Source of the DNA: Squalus acanthias
Taxonomy: Eukaryota
Assembly: GCA_030390025.1 (NCBI GenBank)
Contig: CM059432.1
Location: 98,272,001-98,336,000 of the forward strand
Reading direction: 5' to 3'
Length of the DNA: 64,000 bases
The position numbers and the translations under genes were made by a program. Shown in pieces: positions 50,261 to 60,287 of the stretch (positions within the stretch are counted from its first letter, which is position 1; the number at the start of each line of letters is the position of its first letter). Under the pieces are notes generated by a model, which ran no database searches, was not told the origin of the DNA, and saw nothing but the letters and a program-made list of their open reading frames with translations.

Positions 50261-52369
50261 TTTTGTGCTAGTTATGATATACACAATGTTAAGGTCAGTT
50301 ACTGGTAGCTGTTTTTGCAAATTGTACAAAATACACATTATATATTATTCTTCACATCTCAGGACAAGGCATAGACAAGTATATTTCAGGAAGGCCTTGG
50401 TGTATGTGGTTTGATTGCTGCAAATGTAGTCTGATGGTGACCCATCAAACAGGTCATTTAAAGTCTTGGACACAAATCAATGAATCAATCCTCTCCAGTG
50501 AATTCAAACATCCTACATAACTGACAATCTGTCTATCTAATGTAATTGAGAGAAAGACACATTTAGTGTCCTTTATTTCAGCATATCTTCAAAGGATTTT
50601 TAATGGTATATCTGTGGTTGACTTTCTCCTAGTCTGAAGCCAACAGAGATACTGAACTACACAGAGCTTCCGTGGTAATATTCTTGCCATGTAAGAAGTG
50701 AAAAGCCGTGTTTCAAGGATCAAGTTTATGTTGAGAGTTTGGTGCAGGGAAGCACCTTGATTCAACATTTCAAGGATAATAGTAAAGTTTTTAATTGCTG
50801 TAAATATACGCTTTGTACTAAATACTGTTCATTTTTCTGTTTGATGTTAAATACATTTTTCTGTTGACTTATAGCCTGAGACACAATATTTTTGACTATA
50901 TATTCTTCTACCCACTAATTTGATGAGATAACATGGCAGCAGTGATATATTCCAGTAAGCCAGGGTACAGTGGGAAACATTCTTGAGTCTGGTTACATTT
51001 AACAAACTACCGGCTCATAGGAATGCAAGGTCCACTGATGGGTGCTGGTGCTGAACCAAAGGACCTACCTAGTATAAAAACCCCAAAACTGTAACAGTAT
51101 TGACAAAGATAACTGACCTGCAGAAAGCTGCTAAGGTAAAGCTGCTGTACAACTTTCCATATCAAGTACCTATTCCAAGTATGCATGCCATAAAGTGTAC
51201 CTTTACAACCTGTAAATTACTTTGTGCAGACCCATCTGAGCATTCCTAGATTTTTATCATGTTCAGTCTTGCCATGACAGAATCAACCCATTGAATGCTC
51301 ACCATGCATGCTCACCATGCATGGCCATACTGCAGCATAGGACAAATAGAAGCAGCAACTTAGGAAGATAAAAAATCTTAAAAGGACTTGTCATAAGAAT
51401 TTTTCATAAATCAAACTAGCTGTCTGAGCTAAACTTCCACCCCCAAATCACTTTCTGTGTTCCATAACTTCTGACCTTTGAATCTAATCTAGCTTTGTCA
51501 TTTTTTATTTTCCTCAATTTTTGGTCTATTATATCTTTATGATCTTTCTAACTGGTTTATGCATCTTTTGATTTGCATATTCCTTCAATTCTTCTTTGGC
51601 CATTTAATTCCTTCACCTTTTAGCAGCATTAAAGGGTAAGTTTTGTGACGATGCACCCCTGCCACTCCTGTCACTCAGAATGGGCACAGATTGGAGGATT
51701 GGGCACAGAGGTCAGCACATATGATATGCGATGTTCCCGATATTCCTACAGGCCCAATTCTCCTATCAGAGCGCTGGTCAAATCAAACTGCTCAATGAAA
51801 GTGCAGCTTTACTCTCATATATTTTTTAAAAGATTATTACTATACTGTCATCATGTTTTATATGAGATAAAGCATTGTTCCTTGCTATAGTTTTCATCTT
51901 TCTGTATAATCATTGTTCAATAAATCAGGAAAAAATTACTTCTGCAAAGCAGAAAATTATGCCATTCTCTTCTGCTGACACACCATTAAACTTCTATCTA
52001 ATTCAGACATAATGCTTTCCTGGCTGTTTTAAATGCTCATCCATAATCATGAGCACATTGAGATGTAATTAGACTCGTTTATGCTTTGACAGTATTGACT
52101 GAAACACATGTGCCTCCTGATTTATATCAATAAATTTAACAATCAAAAACCAATGAGCCCAGTGATCATTGATAACAGGACTTTGAATTGCAGTTATAAA
52201 CACAAACTTGTATAAACAGCAATCCTAAAAATTACTACCAAATTAAAAGAGTCATATATATAAGAATGTTCAAAAGGTGCATTTATCATAGAACTGAAAG
52301 AGTTAATAAACAAAGCCAAAAAACAAAACAAATGTGATGCTGAATTATACTGCTATATCAGTTGAGTAT

Positions 52370-53520
52370 AACTTAAAAATTGTCATGCTAAAACTGTGCA
52401 GTGCAAACTTTGAATACTGTGTTCACTTTTGGTGACCAAGACATAAGGGAAACATCCAAGCCATGGAGGCTGATCGCTGGCATCAAAGAATTGAGTTACA
52501 AGGAAAGCCTGGATAAACTGGAGCTCTTTAACCTTAAAAGGAGGTGACTAGGGAGGGAGCTTAAAGAAGTATACTTATATAATATTACATAGAAATTACA
52601 GCACAGAAACAGGCTGTTCAGCCCAACTGGTCTATATTGGTGTTATGCTCTATATGAGCCTCCTCCCACCCTACTTCATCTAACCCTATCACCATAACCT
52701 TCTATTCCTTTCATGTACTAGTTTCCCCTTAAATGCATCTATGCTATTGCCTCAACTACTCCAAGTTCCACATTCTAACCACTCTCTGGGTAATTCAAGG
52801 TAAGCCAACACTAAAAGAACTAGGACAGTTCTGGTCACCGCATTACAGAAAGATGTGATTGCATTAGAGAGGGTACAGAGGAGATTTACGAGGATGTTGC
52901 CAGAACTGGAGAATTTTAGCTATGAGGAACGATTGGATAGGCTGGGGTTGTTTTCTTTGGAACTGAGGAGGCTGAGGGGAGACCTAATTGAGGTGTCTAA
53001 AATTATGAGGATCCTAGATAGAGTGGATAGGTAGCACCTATTTCCCTTAGCAGAGAGGTCAATAACCAGGGGGGGCATAGATTTTAAGTAATTGGTAGAA
53101 GGATTAGAGGGAAGTTCAGGAGAAATATTTTTACCCAGAGGGCGGTGAGGGTCTGGAAGGCACTGCCTGAAAGGGTGGTAGAGGCGGAAAATTTCACCAC
53201 ATTTAAAAGTACTTGGATATGCACTTGAAATGCCGTAACCAGCAAGGCTATGGACAAAGAGCTGGAAAGTGGGATTAGGCTGGATAGTCCTTTTTTGACC
53301 GGCGCAAACACGATGGGCCAAATGGCCTCCGTCTGTGCTGTAAATTTCCATGATTCTAGGATTCTAAGAAGGGAACAGACTAAAGCTGGTAAAAGAATAT
53401 GGACAGATATCAGGAAGAATATGTTCAGAGAGTGATCAATGCTTGAAATAATCTTCCAGCTATGGTAGTCAAGACAAAACTTAGTTCCATTTAATATACA
53501 GTTAGGGGTCATGATGGGGT
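52370..53520. mobile_element. Cluster of CR1 3' fragments in both orientations
   Basis: QFWSPHY...RVQRRFTRMLP and FTQRAVRVW motifs at ~52825-53365; - strand tail at ~52585-52790. Confidence 0.75.
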
Positions 53521-53541
53521 CTCTCTCTGTATCTCTAGCTC

Positions 53542-54661
53542 TGTAGGGGGTGGTGGTGGTAGGGGTCAGCCTTTCCCCTGACTCAGTGAGCGGTTCGAAT
53601 CGCTCCCACGCCCCAGGTTCAGACCTTGGACTTAATTAGGGGTTGTGAATAAAGATGCAGTAGACAACAGGTTCCGATGAAAGAATTTTGGCTTTTATTC
53701 AAAGTAAAAGGTAACAAACTTAAAACACACTTCACACTTAAACAGGTTGGGAAACATACGGTACAGGCGAGGGAGAATGACAATATACAAAACCCTTATC
53801 CCTCCCAAGAATCCCACTATCTAGCTAGGTTTTTGGTTTCAGGAGATCAGGGATAATGCTCACCAATGAATCCTTGACAGGATTTTAGAGTCTTTTGATT
53901 AAAACATTTTGTAAAGCCCTTGTTGCTGCGAGGTGTCCGATGGTCACTGAGGCAGTCGCTCTGGTTTCTTCTTGTGTGATGGTCTGTTTGTTGGCCTCCC
54001 TCCTTCCTCCTCGTGGCTTGTGGTGTCTTTTGCTGGAGCAGGGCTGAGAGAGAGAGAGAGAGAGAGAGTTGTTCCAGCATTGTCAGCGAGTCTAAAAAGA
54101 GAGAGCGAGTCTTGGGTCAGGCTGCAATTATATAGTCCTTTTCGCGCCCAAAACCCCTTACTAAAACGGTTTCGTGCTGAAGTGATTGGTTTCAGTTGAG
54201 GCCTGTTCATTCCATTGTCTTGTTAAGTTTGGATGGGCCTTCAACTATGCTAAACCAAATCAAATCCTGGTCAATTGAAAGACCTCGTTACCAGTAACGG
54301 CTTTTTTACTGAGTCAAATGGCTTGCGTCCTGTCGATCTGTTGTTTTATTGGAGTTTGCAGTATCCTCATGTTTTGGGTTTCTTGCTGGGCCTAGCATTC
54401 CTATCTTTATGCGTCTCCTTTAATGGGTTGTGTGTTTTGGGTGGGGCGGCCTTCTCCCAGGGCCTATTGTCCAAATGTTAATGTTTGCTGGGGCTTGAAT
54501 TCCCAGACAATGCAATACCCAAAACTGCTATTTACAGAGGTTGATCCCACATGCTGTGCAGCCTCCTCTTCCTTACATGTCCAGACATGTTCTTTTAAAG
54601 TTCCAAAGTCCTTATTTTTTTCCTTAGATTTTGGGGATCTGCAAATTTTGGAAACTTTACA
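53542..54661 (-). repeat. 3' LTR (1120 bp)
   Basis: Direct repeat of 60288-61404; on the - strand TATATAA at 54128-54134 and AATAAA at 53694-53699. Confidence 0.97.
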
Positions 54662-54672
54662 GTCCCTCCTGC
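54662..54672 (-). other. Polypurine tract
   Basis: - strand GCAGGAGGGAC directly before TGTAAAG of the 3' LTR. Confidence 0.7.
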
Positions 54673-54951
54673 GATACTTTGAGTTCACTACAGTATCGTC
54701 CTGGGTGGACAAAATTCCTGATCCCCGAAAACCAACCTTCCCCTGTATTACCTAAACTAAAACCCAAACATACATTCCCCTTTAAATGTGGTGTTTTAGG
54801 TGCATACAGGTAAGAACATTTTTATTTCACAACCAAGCACGGAAAGGGTCCGACACCCCTGCACTGCCTGGGAAAACACATATATCTTTATTAAACAGAA
54901 CAAAACACAAAAAAACAACAATCTTTATTCAGGAACACAGAATAAAAAAAT

Positions 54952-57293
54952 TCAAACAGGTGTATCTCTCTCCACCTCAGCATAATGCTTCTTCCAAGTC
55001 CTTTCATTTCGGAACTGTAGTATTCTGCCCTTTCCCTTGCACTGAGTGCACACCAGGTACAATACTATTCCCAGTTGGCAAACTACGAGGAGGTGGGAAG
55101 CCATTCTGACCCATGAAGGGACCTCTATGTTTTCGAAGATGTCCCACCAGGGTGATACCTTGAATCTCTCTCTATCTCGTGTGTTTTCTGTTCTAAAGTG
55201 TAGAAATGTTTTTGTGAGAGCTCTACAGCTTTTAGTAACTTGGTAAGGCGTTCTGGTAGCTGGGGAATTTCGTAGCCAAAATGTGCTACATATTTTTGCA
55301 GGTTGGTGAAATTTTGTGTTACAGTGAGGTGAACAGTGGAGGGTTCAGGAATGGGGACAATCCGTTCCTGGGCCACTTGAACTGCTGCCTCGGGTTTAAA
55401 GCAGAAACTGCTGTCACTTACCGGACACCAGGTATGCTGTCCATACTGGTAGTGAGGCGCGCTGGTGGTGACACAATATGTCCCACCTCCTATATATGCT
55501 ACCTGTGGAGGGACATGGTCTTGTGCCATTACCTCCATGGTACAGTTTATAGGTCGTGCGCCAGCAGCTTTAAACCCGCACTGTGGTTTAGAATAGGCGT
55601 TCAAGTGCTGGGGACACAGTATTATGTGTGCTCCCCGGCTCCAGCACCCGGAGAGGTCTGTACCTGTCATAGCGTGCTCCCACTTTATGACATAAGGTGG
55701 GACAGCTGTGAAACGGATGTGTGCACCCCCTTGAATGACTCCAATGTTCTCCACCCTGTATACCGGTGCGGGTCGGGCGGTCCCACCCATGACCGGCATC
55801 CTCACCACTATCTCCATGATAGTGTGATTGGAACACCCACAATCTACTGGTACAGGGTAGGCTTCAGAGGCTAGACGCAGCTGACATGGGCTTAGTGAAT
55901 TCTCAAATGGGTGGAGGGCTGCGAGGTGCTTGTTGCTGATCCAGGAGGGGACTAAACCTTGCTTTAAATCCTCCAGGTTACTCCGGCCCTCGCCTCGCAA
56001 CCATGCCCCGTACCGTATGCACACCTCGTTCTGTGCAGCCTGGTCTGATGCATTCCTGTCCTCCCGTATGAGTGCATTTACCGTCTTTGCATGCCTTTCC
56101 AGCTCAGCAATGATTTATTTTAAATGGACCGTCATAGCTTGGTCCTCGTGTAACTCTGAGCCCACTACTGTATTTTCATCCATTAAGATTTTGCGTAATT
56201 GTGTTTTTAAACCGTTTATTTGTGGCTGCAATTCTATGTCATCCAGACTGTTGATGACAGAGGACCCTGTATTATATGCTGTAAAAACATCATTCCAGGC
56301 TCCCCTCCTTTGTCTCCCCGTATTGCTAAAATACTCAGTGTGTGCAGTGTACAGTTCTGTTTTGTCTACGTTTGCGAAATCGAACTCGTAGAACTTCCTG
56401 AACATTTCTCTGAACAGGGCCTGGTATAGCTGTTCCGTCTCTTTGGGGCACCACTCAGGTAAGTGTACCTCCGTGAGGTTTAGGATCACGGAAGCTACCG
56501 CATAGTGTACCCCCTGGTATAGCACCTTTTCGGTTGGCACTAGTACCAGCCCATTCCCTGGTCCCTTGGTGGTGGCAGGGCACGTCTCTGTGTGTGTCCT
56601 TGCTGTCTGGGTCGTGGGCAGGGGCTTACGGGCGTGTGCCACGAGTTCAGTGGCCTTGACTGGGGCTGGAGAGGGCGGGACTATGCAAGTGTGTAGGTGG
56701 GAATCCCATTTCACCCACTTCCCCTTATCCAGCCATGCTGCGGAAAAGATAATGGATATGCCCGTGGGGCAGGCCTTCCGCGACCCCCACATGCAGACAT
56801 AAATCCCCTGTTCCGATTTCTACCACTTGTCCCAGCACACGCTCACACCCCTATGGTCCCCTGTAATGGTCCGATGGGTGTCGTTCCCCAGTCGCTCCCA
56901 GTCAGCTGTACGGTCCCCCATATCTCTGCTCAGCTTCCTGAGCCACCACCACCTCCCCAGGGGAATCTGTCCTCTGCAGGTCAGGCACACGCGTTTCCCC
57001 TCAGTGACCCCGACCCGAGTGGCTACAACCTGTATGCTGGGACAGGGGAGGGAGGCCTCCCCATAGGTGAGCCCAGTCTGACTGGAGTATCGGGTGGAGT
57101 TAGATCCCAGCCACCCTGGCCATCTTCCCACGTGGGAATAGGTAGCGAGCTCCTCCACGCCTCGCTTGCTGCCCCCCGCAGTCACAACCGGTGCTCTCTC
57201 TCCTGAGCACCCAAAAATGTGGGAGTCCTCCACGTCACCTCGCCTCCCAGCGCTCATTCCTATCAGAGCGAGTAGGAGTATGCCCCCCTTCAT
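54952..57293 (-). pseudogene. env: Envelope glycoprotein (~780 codons): signal peptide, Ig-like domain, furin site, class I fusion-like ectodomain, TM; two in-frame stops and one frameshift
   Basis: ORFs 56820-57440, 56115-56792 and 55125-56024 share one frame (stops at 56820 and 56115). Signal MKGGILLLALIGMSAG; RQRR|GAWNDVF at 56315-56304; a shifted frame gives PWWDIF...MASHLLVVCQLGIVLYLVC...DTPV* ending at 54952. Confidence 0.85.
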
Positions 57294-57307
57294 ATCGACA
57301 ATCCCTT

Positions 57308-57328
57308 CTGTAAGGAGACACAAGAGCA
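57308..57328 (-). promoter_or_regulatory. Putative env splice acceptor
   Basis: - strand TGCTCTTGTGTCTCCTTACAG|AAGGGATTGTCGATATG, 14 nt before the signal-peptide ATG. Confidence 0.65.
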
Positions 57329-57613
57329 TATAGCCAGGTCCCGAGTAGATTCTCTGGCTTGGGTGAAGCATAGTCGGGTCTTGCAACCTCGACTCAATGC
57401 AAAACACTCTTGAAACTATAACATTTAAACTACCAACCACCTTACTTAAAATTTAACTAAAAACACCCAAACTTAACAATCTCAAAATTTCACAATAAAA
57501 GCTATGTACATTTGCCACCCGTCTCCGAGCAGCCAGCCTAAACCCTGTCGGGCTGCAGCACACTACTCGCTTTGGTGTGGCCGCCCTGTCCTGTACCTGT
57601 TGTCCCTTGCAGC

Positions 57614-58461
57614 CTATGGCTGCTGGCTGCGGACCTCTGTCCTCAGATCGATCCCTGACTTGAGGGGCGACCTTTTTAAATTGGGGAGCCGGTGACCACG
57701 GTTTCTTTGGCTGTGGCGTTCGTGGGGACCTTCTAGGGGCTCTGGCTGGTGGGGTTTTCTGGCTGGTGGGTCTTTAACATGAACCACTGCCCCCTGTTGT
57801 GTGGTCTGTGAATCATCCACTGCCACTGCCTGGGGATTTCTATCCTCAGAGTGTACCTCTTCTAAACCTGTGTCAGGGTCAGGTGACTCTTCGCAGCCTG
57901 GTGCTGCAGGCTGCGGGTCCCCGCCTCCAGGTTCAAAACCTGGGTCGGGGGCGGGGCTATCTGGTTCGGGCTCCTCCTCCTCCCCACCTGAGTCCCAGAA
58001 GAGAGGGGGGGTGGTTTGAACAGGGGCCTGGGTGACTCCTCCCTCAAGACAGGCCACCGCCCCTGCTTGTGCAGTCTGTGAAATTGCTCCTGCTGCAGGC
58101 TGAGGATTTCTAACCTGTTTTAGTTTGGGCAACTCTGCTACCATGGCTTGCAACTGCGGGTGGTGAATTCCCCCGGGGTTGTTGAGCAAACCATCCCTCT
58201 GGCTTTGGATAGGGCTTGGGCCAGACCTTTTATCCTTTCCTCACAGGGCCCATGGTTTAAATCCACATACTCCCTGCTCCTGGCTACGCTGTAGGCTGCC
58301 TTTATGTCTCTAAGCTGCCCCTCTAGCCCGTCTACTTTACCCATTAAGCGGGTGTTCTCCTCCCGTAAGGCCTGCTCATTTAACCTGGCCTCCTTACGGG
58401 AGGTCTCTTCCTGTGCGTGTCTTTCAAGGGGACACAGGTAGACAGGCTGCGCTGGTTCTAG
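57614..58461 (-). pseudogene. Gag-derived read-through ORF in the pol position (one frameshift near 58165-58190)
   Basis: Open in the gag frame from 58461 to 58138; similar to the Gag coiled-coil/DHGPC block, then HPQLQAMVAELPKLKQ (Gag: TQQLRVMVSHLSKLTQ), then an acidic Pro-rich tail. Confidence 0.7.
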
Positions 58462-60285
58462 TCAGAAGTCTGGGTTGTATGGGGCTGATGGGGTCAGAGC
58501 ACCGATGGTTGCTGCTACCTTCCCTGGGCCAGTCAATAGGGACCTCATGGCGTCCAACAATGACTCGACCGTGGCGGGAGGGATCCCTGTCTCTGCCTTT
58601 TGGGCTGGGGCTGAGGAATTCTTTCCCTTGTTATCCTTCCAAGGATTCTTACACTCCTTCCTCCAGTGACCATCCTTCCCACACCCATAACAGTTAAGCT
58701 TTGTGCTGGAAGGGTTATTCCCTTCCTGATGCCACTCCTTCCTACTCTGGCCGGGTTTTATTTCATGTACTTTCCCTTTTTGTGGGGGCTCTTCCGCTCC
58801 TCTACCGTTCCGGTAGGCCAGGTTCAGCTGTCTGACCACTGCCTCCTCGGTGACCCGGGGGTCTTTCGGGTCAAACCAAAGCTCAGCCTGGGTTTTGATC
58901 CGTGGCAAGCTGTTTGCCACTAGGCTATGGAGCCAGTGGGCCAGCTCATCCCGGTTTAGGTGAGCCCTGTTAAGATCCCCACTGCAAGCACCCCTGTACA
59001 CGGGCCACAGCCTGTCTGCGAACGCCTGTGGGGTCTCTCCTGCAAGCTGCACTGTTTTCTCCACCCGGGAGAAAGGACTTCCCTCATTCATCCCCATGGC
59101 CTCTAAAACTTCCTCTCTGATGGCAGCATATCCATTCTGTCCTCTCTTGCTCTCAGCAGAGAGGGACTGGTATAGCCGGCTGTCCAGTGAGAACAGGAGC
59201 ATTTTTGCCATCTTGGCATCATCACAGTCGTTGATGCCTGCTGCCTGTTCTACTTCTATGAAGTGAACTGAGGGGTCCCCTTGTTGGGTGAGTTTACTCA
59301 GGTGGCTTACCATAACCCTAAGCTGTTGTGTACCGTGGGGAGCCATGAACTGGCATTGGAGGGGTCCCCCATCCCCGTTATCAGCAGGTGGGCCAAACCT
59401 TTCCTGCCGGGCCGGGCACATCGGCCCCGGTCCCAGCCTCTCTTGCGGGGGTTTTTCCACCTCAGCTTCTGCCCCTAACTCCACCCCTTCTTCTTGCCAG
59501 ACTTCGCTAAAGCTTGGCGCTATGGGTGGTGGTCGTGGGCCCTCCTGCTCCTCAACCGGGTCGTCCCTTGGCGCTATCTTTGGTATCTGAACCGTTCTCC
59601 CCAGGTTCCCTGTAAAGTCGACCTGGGCTGCACTTGGGCTTATGAGGCACGCCACACCTCTTGCCTTCCTCAGAGCAAGGCTGAGACTCTCTATCTGCTT
59701 CTGACAGGGGCCATGGTCTGCATCCTCAAACCCCTGTGCTCTCATTACCTTATAGGCTGCCTGTAAGCCTTTTACTGTCTCCTCCTGCTCTCTTACTTGT
59801 TTTGCCAGGCGGGCATTCTTTTCCCGCAACCTCAGCTCATTGTTCTTGGCCTCTGTGACCTGGCACTGTAAATAATCCTGCCAGGTCTTATGTTCCCCCA
59901 CTAACTGCACCCTTTCCTGGTTTAGCGCCTGCAATGCTAACAGTAACTTCTCCCCTGCTAGGGCCTTTGTTTGGACTTCCAGGGCTGACTCCCGAATCTC
60001 AGCTGCCTGTGCTTCAACGAGTCTGTCCAAAAGTTGGATCTGTTTCTTGAAGCACATCAGCCAGACTGCCTTTTCTAAGGATTTTTTATGATCCTTCCCT
60101 TCTGTCCATTTAGCTGCTGCATCTACCGGGCGCCCAGTTTTTAACAGATTAGTGACCCACTTCTTTTCCATATTCACTTTGCTGAATACATAATCTGAAA
60201 TCCTCTCTTCCATTACAGTTCTCTCTTCCGAATCAGTGTCTACTGCTTCACAACCCTTTTGCCAAGTCCGTACCACAGTCGCCAT
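58462..60285 (-). CDS. gag: Gag polyprotein, 607 aa, uninterrupted
   Basis: N-terminal coiled coil, Pro/Glu linker, MHR-like QLAGETPQAFADRL, CCHC knuckle CYGCGKDGHWRKEC, C-terminal PSAP; first ORF after the 5' LTR. Confidence 0.93.
   Translation of the reverse strand: MATVVRTWQKGCEAVDTDSEERTVMEERISDYVFSKVNMEKKWVTNLLKTGRPVDAAAKWTEGKDHKKSLEKAVWLMCFKKQIQLLDRLVEAQAAEIRESALEVQTKALAGEKLLLALQALNQERVQLVGEHKTWQDYLQCQVTEAKNNELRLREKNARLAKQVREQEETVKGLQAAYKVMRAQGFEDADHGPCQKQIESLSLALRKARGVACLISPSAAQVDFTGNLGRTVQIPKIAPRDDPVEEQEGPRPPPIAPSFSEVWQEEGVELGAEAEVEKPPQERLGPGPMCPARQERFGPPADNGDGGPLQCQFMAPHGTQQLRVMVSHLSKLTQQGDPSVHFIEVEQAAGINDCDDAKMAKMLLFSLDSRLYQSLSAESKRGQNGYAAIREEVLEAMGMNEGSPFSRVEKTVQLAGETPQAFADRLWPVYRGACSGDLNRAHLNRDELAHWLHSLVANSLPRIKTQAELWFDPKDPRVTEEAVVRQLNLAYRNGRGAEEPPQKGKVHEIKPGQSRKEWHQEGNNPSSTKLNCYGCGKDGHWRKECKNPWKDNKGKNSSAPAQKAETGIPPATVESLLDAMRSLLTGPGKVAATIGALTPSAPYNPDF
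60267..60284 (-). other. Primer binding site, tRNA-Ser-like (imperfect)
   Basis: TGGCGACTGTGGTACGGA starts 3 nt after the LTR; TGGCG is complementary to the CGCCA end of tRNA-Ser; isoacceptor not resolved. Confidence 0.55.
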
Positions 60286-60287
60286 TA

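Noticed and set aside
53847..54755. Accessory genes in the LTR
   Set aside because: Short ORFs whose frames and lengths differ between the two LTR copies.
58160..58190. Programmed -1 frameshift at CCCCGGGGGAATTC
   Set aside because: Not a canonical X XXY YYZ site with Y = A or U; a homopolymer indel is the simpler explanation without sibling copies.
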